A stretch of DNA of 64,000 nt from Octopus vulgaris. Its lineage: Eukaryota. Under the pieces are notes generated by a model. It worked only from the letters and a program-made list of their open reading frames with translations. It was not told the DNA's origin and searched no databases. Of this stretch, positions 1 to 12,900 are shown piece after piece (the stretch's first letter is position 1; the number at the start of each line of letters is the position of its first letter). The position numbers and the translations under genes were made by a program. Location: assembly GCA_951406725.2 (NCBI GenBank), contig OX597818.1:77252001-77316000 (forward strand), read 5' to 3'.

Positions 1-1445
1 TCATTTATTTCTTTAACATTCTAGCATTTAAACCAGACATGTGTAGTCAAAATATTCTGCCTGTTATTATAAAGTACTTTTAAGAATAGCAACTAGACAT
101 TTACTGATAGTAGAGTAAAATTTTATTGTGAAGATGGAATTAACTGGGGCTTCAAGTTGTACATGCTGATAAGCAAGTCCTAATAAATTTGATCTTTACT
201 TATATGCCTGTATATGTGTGTGCGTGTGTCTATCTATTTGTCCTCAACTGATATGAAGAAAGGATCTAAAAATCAACAACAAAAATAAAATTATAAATTC
301 ATTATATAAGCAAATTTTGCAGACTTTGCCTCAAAACTGGAGAGCAAATCTATAGGGGGAGGGTGAGAGAGAGAGAATCAAAGTGATGAGGCACAGAGCC
401 TTTAATATGTTCAATGCTATGGGTATTACAAATGAACTGTAAAGGGATCTTGTCAGAATTTACAAATTACATAAAGTGTAATAGATGTGACCAAATGAAA
501 TTGGTTCAAAAAGTGTGACTTATTCTGAGAGGGACTCACAAGGAATGAATATGAAAAAAATCCTGTTTGAGTAGCAGTAGGTTTTACTGATTGAAATTAC
601 TATAGTTGGGTATAGCAACAGAAGCTATTGAGACACCTGAATTTAGTATATTCTTAAAAGGATTAGTGTGGGTAATGAGAGGATTATATGTAAGTTACAA
701 GAAAAGATCTTGAACTCAAGTCAGACAAAATCAGCCAATGAAGCAAATAATATACTAAGCAATAAGTACAGGATAAAAGAATCAAATGTCTTGATAAATA
801 TTACAGTATGCCTGACAATAAACATTCTTTTGTTCACTTGAGATATCAAAATTTCTTTTGAGGAATTAAAAATATAGCAATAAAACCTGCACATGCTGCA
901 CAATGAAACAAGCTAAAAAAAAAAAAAAAAGGCAGAAAATAAAGTTCTTAAATATAAGTTTGATAATTCTAAAATTAATGACTTTTTAAGAAATTAAAAT
1001 TAGATTTTAAGAAATTACAATTGCGCTTTAAAGGAATTTGAATATATAGAATCTTGTAAAGGGAAAAAGTGAAACAAAATAGTTTTTACACAGCCAAATA
1101 GCATTACACATCAAAACATGACAAATGTTCCAACTTGAATTACACAAAAACTAATCACAGAGAGATTAGGTTCTGTGATTAGATTTTCTTATTAAAGGTC
1201 AATTTCTCATTTAAAAAGGCTAAATATTCTATGTAAAGAAAATAGATCATGTTAGATATAAACCTTGATGTATGGTTTACGGAATAATCAAAGAGCATAT
1301 GCTTCCTAACCAATCTATCATATGTCTAAAGAACCATTATTTACATACAATAGAGTTTCTTAATAAGTAGGTGGCTAAAAGAAGAAAAAAAAAAGGAAAG
1401 GTTAAAAAAAAAAGAAGAAGCAATGGTCCATTCTGAAGGATGTAT

Positions 1446-1508
1446 TTATCTTTGTGTCCACTTTCTCTTCGCAACTATTATCTCCTTGAGTGAGACACGT
1501 ATTAGTAA
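1446..1508 (-). CDS. SLC37A2: SLC37 last coding exon (LLIRVSLKEIIVAKRKWTQR*)
   Basis: Long polypyrimidine tract plus cttcAG acceptor, phase 0. Matches SLC37A2 LLCRLVYKEI; TAA stop at 1448-1446. Confidence 0.9.
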   Translation of the reverse strand, partial: LLIRVSLKEIIVAKRKWTQR

Positions 1509-2189
1509 CTGAAGCAAACAGAAGAAAAAGAAAAGAAAAGAATATATATGTGTAACTTTAGTTATTAATTTTATTAAACTCTCAACATTTTTAAATACAG
1601 CCGAACCAAAACACATAGAAATGAAACAATACAAAAAAAAAAAAGAAATAAAACAATGCTTGAATGGAATTATTCCTGTAGAGAGGGAAAAATACTCAAA
1701 GAAAAACATTAGTCTTTCAACAATTTAATTTTTTTTTTTTTTTTTACAATACCTTGATATCCAAAAAGCAATTTTGTCACACATATTCTATGCATCATAG
1801 AAAATTCCACACATATTCTATGCATATCGTATATTATAAATTTAGATATAAAATAGAATTTTGATTTTGATAATTTCCAACTTTATAAAAAAAAAATTTT
1901 TTTTCCCCTAAAATACAATGATAACAATGAAAAATAAGAAAAATATAATTATCAAATTAGAATGTTATTTCCCTGTTATGAAATACAAACAAACCCCATA
2001 ACTGTATTAACTGACAAACAGCTGTGCAGTTCTGTAACTAAAAGCTTATTGCATAAAGTAGACCAAGAAAGAAAGGTTTTCATAGTAGTTAAAATTCAAT
2101 GAACCCATAATAAGTAAATAAAATGGATGACTTGAAGAAATAAGTGTGTAACTGGGTAAATAAACTTGAGGACTCTGATACTAAATTAA

Positions 2190-2402
2190 CCCTTTGCTTG
2201 TCCTTTGTATAACATGGGATACACAGGATTTATTTCTCTGGTGTCCATGTGTCATATATGGTACACATTCTCAATGTTTAGACTTATGAAAGGAAAGCTT
2301 TATACTACCCAGAACGTATGAGACATAGAATAATTGAAAGTTTAAAAACAATCATGGACGTTTAGAATAACCATATGAAAATGCTTAGGAACAGGCAAAG
2401 GG
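2190..2402. mobile_element. TTAA-flanked MITE (piggyBac-like ends)
   Basis: ttaa-CCCTTTGCTTGT ... ACAGGCAAAGGG-ttaa terminal inverted repeats with a TTAA duplication. Confidence 0.7.
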
Positions 2403-2839
2403 TTAATAGAAAATAAGAGCGAGCATGTATGTGTGTGTGAGATCAACATCTATGAAGAATTAAGTGCATATGTGTGTTTGTAGATAATTATAATACTTTA
2501 TATAGGTATAGAAAAATCTGTAAGCAAGGGTCTTTCTTTGTGAATAGGCACTGGTTTTAAATGGTACATTGTGAAAGACTGATTCATGAAGGATTCAGTT
2601 GAGTAAAGAAAGACAGAAAAACAAACAGAAGCAAATTAAGATTTTAAGTAAGAAGGGGGATAACTCCGCGTATTTCATGGCAAAAATAACTTTATTCAGC
2701 CTTTGGAAACTACATCCAATATGTGGAGATTTTAACTTTCTCAATGAAGCTTGTGGATGTATTTCAATGACATAACAGAACTATTTCTGCTAAGGTATTT
2801 ACAATGCCATGTAGAATCCAGATAAAAATATCGATAATA

Positions 2840-3230
2840 TCTTTGTCATTCACTTGTTTCAGTCAACTGGACTGCAACCATGCTGGGGTACCACCTTGAA
2901 GAGTTTAATCAAACAAAATGACCCCAGTATTTTTCTTAAAGTCTAATAGTTATCCTATCAGTCTCTTTTGCTGAACCAATAAGCTACATGGACGTAAACA
3001 AACCAACGCTGGTTGTCAAGTGGAGAAGGGGACAGACACATACATACATATTATATATATATATATATATATATATAAATATATATGATATATATATATG
3101 ATGGGCTTCCACACAGTTTCCTTCTATTAAATTCAGTCACATTGTATTGGTCGGTCCAGGATAATAACAGAAGACACTTGGCTGATGATCTATATTGTGG
3201 GACTGAACCTGAAACCATGGAGTTGCAAAA
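2840..3230 (-). mobile_element. Abundant SINE-like repeat (related copies near 30410-30630, 44885-45270, 47875-48270, 54075-54240, 57240-57625, 58350-58695, 60300-60670, 62255-62670)
   Basis: Shared blocks ttgtttcagtca...ccatgctggg, gacgtaaacacacc and gggactgaacctgaaaccatg (tRNA B-box-like GGTTCAGTCCC on the minus strand) recur through the window. Confidence 0.7.
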
Positions 3231-3736
3231 ACAAGGTACTTGCATTTTGGGAATTAACAACATCCACTCGAACAGTTAATGACATAATTTTTGTCACATG
3301 TTTACAACGTTGGTTAAATGTTTAGATCAAATTAAAACTTTCTTTTGAACATTTAAAATATCTATAGCCAAGACTTCTTTTAAACCCCATCCTCCAATTA
3401 GAAAAAATTGAATAGGCATAAGAAAAAATAATGTTTCTTTCCTTTTAATAAATAATATTGCTTGATGACTTTTTACATTTTTCCATGAATACATATCACT
3501 GAAGCATTGTTTTGTTTTACAGCTGGATACTCGCCCTGTTGCTCACCCTTGTTTCTGAAAAAAGGGAGATCTCATTCTAATTGTCTTTGAAAGCACAGAG
3601 CTACTGAATGATTTGTTAATAAGGATATGTCAATAAATGTTGTCCATGGCTCAGTGAGTTTTTTTGTGGTGTTGTGTGTGTGTGTGCGTGTGCGCGCACA
3701 CACACAAATGCTTTTTTAGTTATTTTATATAAAACC

Positions 3737-4092
3737 AAAACAAAGCAAGTTATTAAAAATTAATAGTATGGCTCAAAGGTTTGTACTTTTAACTAGTATT
3801 TCAATATTTTGGGGACAGGACTGCTTCTTCAGAGAAAAACTTTTATTAACTAACTTCTCTGTTCCGCTGTATATATGTATGAAGGGTTGTTTTGAGTTGC
3901 TATATTTGCTACTGTTGCAACACAAAACAACTTTTCACAGATACACACTACAGAACAGAGAAGTCAACTAACAAAACGTTTCTTCTGTAAATTTCCTGAA
4001 GAAGGGCTCCTATTCTCAAAATATTGAAATACCAAGTAAAAGTGCAAACCATTGACTTGTATTATTAATTTTTAATAACATGCAATGTTTTT
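3737..4092. repeat. Degenerate inverted-repeat pair (3737-3835 / 3991-4092) with decayed hammerhead cores, probable PLE terminal-repeat relic
   Basis: The arms are reverse complements. Each reads CTGAAGA...AAAA-TAT-T closed by stem I atttc/gaaat. Confidence 0.55.
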
Positions 4093-4610
4093 AGCTTTGA
4101 AAAAAGTAATTAAAAACATTTATATGACAATGCTTCAGAAAATTATATATATATATAATTATATATGCATGTTCATGTGTTTTATACAGATTCCATGAAT
4201 CAAACTTTCTCACAAGCCATTGGTCAGTCCAGGGTTATAGTATTTAATACTTTGCCAAAAGGACCATGTAGAGGGGCTGCATGTTATGATCATAGGTAGT
4301 GTAAAGATGAAGATAGTATCTAAGACTCAAGTTTTCCACATACAATACAATACAGCAAAAAAAGAAAAAAAAAGTTATAAATGCAATATAACATTTTCCC
4401 CATGTTGTCATGGATGGATTGTCTATGTTTTGGGGTTGCTGTTACAAATACAGACATGTGAATATTGTAGCAAGAATCTACCAGCACCAGCAAGATTATC
4501 TTCCCATTGCTAAAAGTTCAATTTATGATGGAGTGAAGCCTGTGACACCTAGAGTTGCACCTTGCCAAGGCTTGAACCAATAAGGATACTGTCAGTAGTC
4601 AGGTTTACAC

Positions 4611-4646
<36 letters not shown>

Positions 4647-4829
4647 TACATTCGCCATGATAGATCGCTAGCCACTACACATTCTTTATTTTCACTCCCT
4701 GTTTCTTTCTGTGGAAGAGCGTAGGCTCAAAATATTAAAGACTTTTTCACTTCCTGAACGTTAAACTAATACATCTGCTTGTTGTCTACATCACCCATCT
4801 TCATCTTTTGTTTTTTGTGAATTCTCCCT

Positions 4830-5068
4830 ATCATCATCATCATCATCGTTTAACGTCCGTTTTCCGCGCTAGCACGGGTTGGACGGTTTCGACCGGGGTC
4901 TGGGGAGCTAGGGACTGCCCCAGGCTCCAGTCTAGTCTGGCAGTGTTTCTACAGCTGGATGCCCTTCCTAACGCCAACCACTCCGCGAGTGTAGTGGGTG
5001 TTTTTTACGTGCCACCTGCACAGGTGCCAGAGGGGTCTGGCATCGGTCACGTTCGGATGGTGCTTTTT
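4830..5068 (-). mobile_element. 3' tail of RTE-clade LINE (other tail copies ~6355-6640, 41275-41700, 46965-47200)
   Basis: Reverse complement of 18230-18460 including the (GAT)n tail. Confidence 0.8.
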
Positions 5069-5331
5069 CTATGTGGAGGGGGGGCAGAAATATAGGGGAG
5101 CACCAGTGGGGAGGGGTGGTTCAGAGAATGATGACAGGTTCTTAGGCAAGTAGAACGTAGGATATCAAGAGGGTAATGCATGCTGAAATAGCTTATTGAG
5201 GAGGGGGTTCGAAGAGTAGACACCTATAATGGTGGTGGGAGAAACAACATCCGGTATAGATGGAGCAAAAATATAGAGATATCCGGTATTGGTGGTGGGG
5301 GTGGGCAGGGTGGGGGCACCGCGTATACGCG

Positions 5332-6277
5332 GAGGTTGAAAAAGATGATAGAGCGAGACTTGGTCGGGCAGAGTTAATAGAGGAGAAATTAGATACAATA
5401 GTTAGATAGATAAATAACAACAGATAGGAAAACATGTATGATTGGTCGAGAAGTGAAGTGAAGTGAAAATAAATAAATAAAAATAAAATAATATAAGCAT
5501 TCAAACTTAGCTGTGCTCGAGATTATTAGCTGCTAGGTGAATGAAAGAGAGAGCACATGTTGTTGCCTTAAGTAAAGAAATTGACCGGAAAGGAATTTTT
5601 GGACAAGGCGGAAGTGTATTAAAGGAACAGGCTTCAAAGATGGCGGAGATCGATAGACAGATACGCGAGGGTTGAAAAAAGATGATAGAGCGAGACTTGG
5701 TCGGGCAGAGTTAATAGAGGAGAAATTAGATACAATAGTTAGATAGATAAATAACAACAGATAGGAAAACATGTATGATTGGTCGAGAAGTGAAGTGAAA
5801 ATAAATAAATAAAAATAAAATAATATAAGCATTCAAACTTAGCTGTGCTCGAGATTATTAGCTGCTAGGTGAATGAAAGAGAGAGCACATGTTGTTGCCT
5901 TAAGTAAAGAAATTGACCGGAAAGGAATTTTTGGACAAGGCGGAAGTGTATTAAAGGAACAGGCTTCAAAGATGGTGGAGATCGATAGACAGATACGCGA
6001 GGGTTGAAAAAAGATGATAGAGCGAGACTTGGTCGGGCAGAGTTAATAGAGGAGAAATTAGATACAATAGTTAGATAGATAAATAACAACAGATAGGAAA
6101 ACATGTATGATTGGTCGAGAAGTGAAGTGAAAATAAATAAATAAAAATAAAATAATATAAGCATTCAAACTTAGCTGTGCTCGAGATTATTAGCTGCTAG
6201 GTGAATGAAAGAGAGAGCACATGTTGTTGCCTTAAGTAAAGAAATTGACCGGAAAGGAATTTTTGGACAAGGCGGAA
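5332..6277. repeat. Tandem array, 332-bp period, ~2.85 near-identical copies
   Basis: ORFs 5533..5832 and 5865..6164 translate identically. Copies differ by few substitutions and a gaagt indel. Confidence 0.95.
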
Positions 6278-6338
<61 letters not shown>

Positions 6339-6739
6339 TGTGTGCATACATATATCATCATCATCATCATTATTTAATGTCTGTTTTCCATACTGGCCTA
6401 GGCTGGACAATTTGACAGGAGCAGGTAAGCCAAAGGACTGCACCAAGCTCCACTGTCTATTTTGGTTTTACAGTTGGATGCCCTTCCTAATGCCAACCTC
6501 TTTACAGAGTGAACTGGGTGCTTTTGGCATGACACCAGTACTGGTGAGATCTGTTTTGGCATGGTTTTTATGGCAGGATGCCCTTCCTAATGCCAACCAT
6601 ATTACAGAGTGGGCTGGGTGCTTTTTACGTGGCACCAGTATACAACTATATATATATATATATAATTCTATACCTACATAAATCAATCAATCTATCTATC
6701 TATATATATATATAATTCTATACCCACATAGTTTGTCAT

Positions 6740-9365
6740 AGTTATGGGGTTTGCATATCCCAGGGACCCTGAGAGTTATGCTGGTAAGAGTTTTAAGTCC
6801 CAGATAGATTAAAGTGCAGAGGTTTGATAAAGAGCAATCTCCTGATTACACTAAGTAGGGATTGGTCACATGACTAATTTTCAAGTCTGGTCAAAATACC
6901 TTTGTTGAAGGAACAGCAACAAAGGGAAATAACACAACTATATGTGATGTACTTTCAGAGTCACTGGAAGATACATGTATGAATGAAAGAAGGGAAAGCT
7001 GCAAGAAAGCTATTGACAGGAAGAGAAAAAAAAGTCCTCAGTGTAAACTGCAAGACAAGAACAGGATTCTGGAATGTGTGAATTATATCTTGAAACAAGA
7101 AAACTGGCTCAAGTTTTATCAGAGATGAGATGTCAATGGAGTAAGTGAGATATAATCAATGCAAGAAAAATAGTGATGTACTCAGGAATAAACTCCGCAA
7201 CCAACTACAAATAGGTTGACAGGATTTTCTTCCTGTTGATAACTCCCTTTCGGTTTTGTCTCCTACTATTCATACATGAAGTGGAGGCACATGGCTTAGT
7301 GGTTAGGACATTGGACTCATGATTATAAGACTGTGGTTTCGATTCCTGGATTGGACGACGTGTTGTGTACTTGAGCAAAACACTTTATTTCCAGTCCACT
7401 CAGCAGTAGAAAATGAGTTTAGCCTGGAGAGGGATGGGCTCTGCCAGGTTTTCTCTGCCAAGCTGCAGTGCCCCAACAACCCCCAAGAGGTTAAGGAACA
7501 TATCAACTGTCAATTCATACATGTGTCTTACAGTGACTCTCAAAGCCTTTGTCCTTAAAAGGGGGACAAAAAAGTGCTTGATGGAATGTAAATCTATCAA
7601 CAGTAGATTCCTGAAAATCAGAATCCGAGGCAAAGAGATCAATATTGCTATCATCTGATGCTATGTTTCAACAAACAACAGTGGTAAAGAAACTGAGACT
7701 AGCTACAAGCAGAATTGTAACTCACTTTGTGACACAATCTGAAGCTTGTAATGGGCAACTTAAATGCAAAGGTAGGCAACGGCAATACACATAATGAAAG
7801 CGCTATAGGAAGAAACAGTTGTAGCACTATAAATAATGATGGAGAGAGGCTACTGGAACTTGATATTACTGGATGGAATGCCAGTCTGTTGTAGGCTTAA
7901 CTCTTTACCACATCATCATATTTACAAGGTGAACTCGTGTTCCTCTAACAGAAGAAACAAAAATCAGATTGATCCTCTAATGATCAACAGCCCCTAAAAT
8001 TGGTCATATATTGGTCATGCACTGGTACTGTTAGAGTGAACAAGAGAAGTTCACAGCAACAACCACTTGGTTACAATAGCTGACACTGAACTAGAAACTA
8101 AGGAGATCATGGTGAAATAACTTTAATAAGAAGTATACTTTTGCCCTCCTATTGTACAGCAGATTGTGGGCTCTGGCTGATATGGAAAGTCAGATGCAGT
8201 CAGACCCAGAAGAAGTCAACACTAAATAGAAACAAAACAGAATGACATGGTTCTGAACCCAACGCAGCTTGTTGGAGTACAAACAGAAAAGGAGAAAGTG
8301 GAAGATGAGAGCAGACACAGGGTATCTCACAGGCATGAAGAAGTTCTTAGAGATCAAGTCAAAGAGTGTTTGAGAGAAATGCAAACTGCTGTACAAGGAG
8401 GTTGAGGAACAAGGGAAGATGATGGTAATAGTGGACAAATGAATTTCTGCAGACAGATCTGCTAGCTGAGCAGAAAATGCAACCAGGATGAGATGCAAGG
8501 GGAGATATATAAGATCATCAGACCTGTCCTTCACATTAAAAGGTTATAATAACTTTATGCATAAAGTGGGTAATAGTTACTGGAGTAAAGCAGAGTTTCG
8601 TGATGTTATAGCTGCTGCTTAATATATTCAGACTGGGTGATGGAGCAAACAACTGATAACCAACCAAGAGGCATCTCATGAACCCACTTTAAAACACTGG
8701 CAGGTTTTGACCTCACGGATGACCTTGTACTTATGCCCCCCCCCCCGTACCTATGGGAAAAAAAAAATCGACAGGTTTAGAAACTTTGAATAGTAAATTA
8801 GGAATGAAAAATCACCCAGAAGAAGACAGTGGTAGTAACAATAAACACCTCAAATCCCTCATCAATCACAGTAGGTTTACCCACAAGAAGGGTTCACTTA
8901 TTTCAACAGTGTTCTCAGATATGATGGAAGACATCAAAAAATGTCTCAGCAAGGTAAAAAACACCTTCAAAAGATTGAATAATATATGGCAGTCCATTTC
9001 ATCAACACCAAGCTGAGATTATATCAGAGTGGAGTTGGAGTATGAAAGTGACTTCATCAAGCTCTCTACCTTCCACACTGAGAAGATTAGAATATTGAGA
9101 GTCTTCAGGCTTAACACTATCTCCAATCAATTATTCATCCAAAATAGACAAGGAAACAGGAAAACCATTATCATAAGTGGACAACATCATGAGTGGACTA
9201 CTGTTTACTGGATGACAGAAGGGAGAGAGGAAGGTCCCAGAATATCTGATACCTAAAAGTAGAGAGTTGAAGACTATGAACCACACATAGGAAACTATTT
9301 TGAAGTTTGTCTAGAATGAGCACTTGTGGTGAACCTTTATTGCTGCTAGTAGAACAAGAATGAGT
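6740..9365 (+). mobile_element. Decayed RTE-clade LINE (APE endonuclease plus RT remnants), interrupted by a SINE
   Basis: KTRTGFWNV..KLAQV (~7050-7130), KKCLMECKSINSRFLKIRIRGK..IAII (APE), DDLVL-like RT motif (~8715) and DIKKCLSKVKNTFKRLNNIW. Many stops. Confidence 0.75.
7283..7412 (+). mobile_element. tRNA-derived SINE head
   Basis: A box tggcttagtggttagg and B box gtttcgattcc. Same family as 10890-11145 and 18688-19020. Confidence 0.8.
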
Positions 9366-9884
9366 GAGAGATTAATTATACCTAAAGGTTTGTTGTGGTT
9401 GATATTAGTGAACCACACTCAACAGTGTTTGAAATAAATTTATTGAGAAAAGTATTTGAGCTTCATGTATGAAATCAGCGGACTAACTGCAGAAATTTTT
9501 TAGGTGTAAGGAAATAATTCAGTTTGCCTACACACAAGTACAGCAGACTATATTTGGGTTATATATATTGTTTATTAGTAAAGGTTTGTTAGATATTATA
9601 ATTGTTTGTGTAAATATGTTGTTTTATAACACAGGTGTGTAATGAGAATTTTGTGTTTGTGCATGGAAAACACAAACAAATAACATAATATATATATATA
9701 CATTTAATTATATGTGTGTGCATATATATATATATATGTATGTATATATACATACACACACACACATACACAATTATATATATATATATATACAAGATAT
9801 GGAGGGTTGCATTTACAACCCCTATCTCAATTTGGCCACAGCTCGTGAGCTGAAACTAGAATCAATCAATCAATCAATCAATCA

Positions 9885-9915
<31 letters not shown>

Positions 9916-10062
9916 GATGAGTGCTCAGCATTTTAAATCTGTTGTAATACTTACAACATTTAATAAAATGTTGTAGTATACGAAACGATCGCACCAAATT
10001 ACCGGAGTCATTCTTGTTGCTTATTTTGAGTATATATATATATACATACATATATATGTATG

Positions 10063-10100
<38 letters not shown>

Positions 10101-10889
10101 TGTGTATATAGTAAATCCCAAAAAGAACAAACACAAAAAAACAACGCGAAGATGTGGTACATGTAATGTATTAGCAGACGCTCAGGAAAGGAAAGAAATG
10201 CATGTATGTGTGTGTGTATGTGTCTGCGTGTGTGTCTGTGCATATGTAATACACACACACACATTTTATTGTATATATGTCATGAAATGTAACAATACAA
10301 AATACAAAAATATAATTTTTACTGCTAACATGATTTGAATTAGGCACATAACATTGACTTTCTTGAATATTTAAAATAAAATCTATATAACAACTAAATA
10401 TATCAAAACCAAATATGCCTCCCAAATTAAATACTTGATTAAATAATTGTAAAGCAAACACTTCAATTAATGAAATGTAATTGTCAACAGGTTGATAAAG
10501 GTAAATAAAATAAAATTTTTAAAAATTGAAAAACAAGCAATAAGAAACAGTAATTTCACTGTCTTGACAAACTTATTTATCACACAACCATAAATGTAAA
10601 TACACACACATTGTTATTTTATAAGAATTCTGAGAGAGTGAGAAATAATTCTTTTCTGGAATATCTTGAAGTGTTTACATAAAGATATAAATAACATACA
10701 TAAAGTCGAAGGAAGCATTCAACTTTTTCTATCCAGAAGGATTTTCCAACCCAATATTTTCATGATTCATGTGTGCTTCATGAGATTCCCCAAAAGAATA
10801 TACATATATAGATATACACACACACACACACACACACAAGCATGAACTTTTTTTCCTTGTAAGTTTGGATTTTATTCCCTCAAATAATA

Positions 10890-11145
10890 ATAAGGGCCGG
10901 TTTCCCGGTTTCCTTGGCGTATAGGTTCCCTACTTGGATGGGATGCTGGTCCGTTGCAGATGAGCGGCAAGATGCAGGAAGAAAGAGTGAGAGAAAGTTG
11001 TGGCAAAAGAGTCAGCAGGAGTTCGCCATTACCTTCTGCTGGAGCTACATGGAGCTTAGGTATTTTGCTCATAAACATCTGAGATTTGAACCTGTGATCC
11101 CTCAACCGCGAGTCCGCTGCTCTAACCACTAGGCCATGTGCCTCC
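10890..11145 (-). mobile_element. tRNA-derived SINE
   Basis: Minus strand reads ggaggcacatggcctagtggttagagcagcggactcg...ggttcaaatc, followed by a non-tRNA body. Confidence 0.8.
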
Positions 11146-11447
11146 ACTATATATATATATATATATATAAAAATGTCTGTATGTATAATAGATGTGTGTG
11201 TGTGTGTGTATGTAAATATATATGTATATGTGTGTGAGTATTTGTGTGTGTAGAACACAACAAAACCTCAATTAGAAATGAAGAAATCACTGGATAATGA
11301 TGAATATGATAAATATATAGCAGCAAGTGTGATTAAAACGAAGGCAATGTAGATGACGCGTCCAGCGGCATTAAAGGGCATATGCTGACGGATATACTTT
11401 AAAGCCAGTTTGTTTTCATTAATGCGGAACGTGATGACAATACTCAC

Positions 11448-11545
11448 CAGGAATGCGAAAGCATCCGCAGCAATGAGCATATAGAAGACATAATTCCAGT
11501 TCCGTTGTGACAAGATCCCTGTTAATAATGGACCCAGAGCAGCAC
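11448..11545 (-). CDS. SLC37A2: SLC37 exon (GAALGPLLTGILSQRNWNYVFYMLIAADAFAFL)
   Basis: cctAG / GTgagt, 98 nt, phase 1 to 0. Lies within ORF 11268..11594. Confidence 0.95.
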
Positions 11546-11645
11546 CTAGGTAATAGATGAAATACAGTACAGTGTAATGAACATACATGTGCATGTATGT
11601 ATGTGTATATATATATGTGTATATATATATATATATATATTTATA

Positions 11646-12900
11646 CAGGGGTTGGACAAAATAATGGAAACACCTACCATCATAGCATCATAATTTTGAA
11701 ATATCTATAAAACCGTCAAAAGCTTGTTTATTTTTGCTTTTTGATTTATTATTAGTGTTGCTTAATATGTTTTGCTAAAATTGCTGTTTCTTTTGAGATA
11801 TCATCAGTAAAAAGGAAATTAAAATTCATTAAAATGACAGATCTATTAGACTTTCAAAGAGGTGCTCGCATGGCAGGCGCTAGCGTAATGAAAACAGCCA
11901 AAATGTTAGGTGTATCAAGAAGTACTGTCTTGAAAGTAATGACAGCCTTTGAGAAAGAGGAAAAAACCTCCTCGTCAAAACAAAACTCCGGAAGAAAACC
12001 AAAACTTTCAGATAGGGACTGTTGGACTCATGTGAATTGTTAGAAAGGATCACAACAGTACAGCTCCCAAAATTACTTGAGAATCCGGTTTCCACAAAAA
12101 CTGTTCACTGGGAGCTGCTCAAAGCTGGATTTCATGGGAGGGCTGCAAACAGAAAACCACTACTTTCAAAAACAAATGTTGTAAAGCGTTTAGAGTGGAA
12201 TAAAAACCTACAGAATTAGTCCCTATAGTAGTGGAAGAATGTTATTTTCTCAGACAAGTCATCCTTTACCCTATTTCCAACCACTGGCCAAGTATATGTG
12301 TGGAGACAGCTAAAAGAAGCATTTGACCCAGAGTTCCTTCTTCCACCCGTTAAACATGGAGGAGGATCTGTGATGATCGGGGTGGGGGGTGGGGGGAGGG
12401 TGTCATATCTTGGAAATCTGCTGACCCAATGGTTTCCCTTCAGGGAAGAATTAATAGTCAAGACTATTTAAGCATTTTATCTGATCAAATTCATCCTATG
12501 GTTGCAGAACTCTTTCCGGAGGGAAACGCAGTCTTTCAGGATGATAATGCACCAATTCACAGAGCTAAAGTTGTTACGGAATGGCATGAGGAACATTCTA
12601 GTGAAGTTGAACATCTTATTTGGCCACCACAGTCCCCAGATCTCAATATTATTGAACATTTATGGTGCATTTTAGGAAAACAAGTAAGGAGTTGATATCC
12701 TCCACCATCATCACTACAACAACTGGAAACTGTTTCAGCTGAAGAATGAAAAAAAATTCTTTTTGAAACAATTCAAACTTTGTATGAGTCCATATCACAT
12801 AGAATTCAAGCTGTGATTACTGCCAAAGGTGGTCTTACTCCATATTAAAATTAATTTGTTTGAAATTTTAAGGTGTTTCCATTATTTTGTACAACCCCTG
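11646..12900 (+). mobile_element. Full-length Tc1-superfamily transposon, DD36E (Incomer-like), transposase disabled
   Basis: ~30-bp TIRs caggggttggacaaaataatggaaacacct / aggtgtttccattattttgtacaacccctg, TA duplications, 1255 bp. Fragments include HTH and GRKPKLS, VIFSD, FQDDNAPIH...SPDLNIIE with 36 residues between D and E. Frameshifts and stops present. Confidence 0.93.

Noticed and set aside
3510-3570. Acceptor-like sites on both strands (possible micro-exon or alternative terminal exon KQG*)
   Set aside because: No homology support, and the exon at 1446-1508 already supplies the conserved C-terminus.
5332-6277. Regular repeats as a CRISPR-like array
   Set aside because: The units are contiguous 332-bp duplicates without unique spacers, in eukaryotic intronic DNA with no cas genes.
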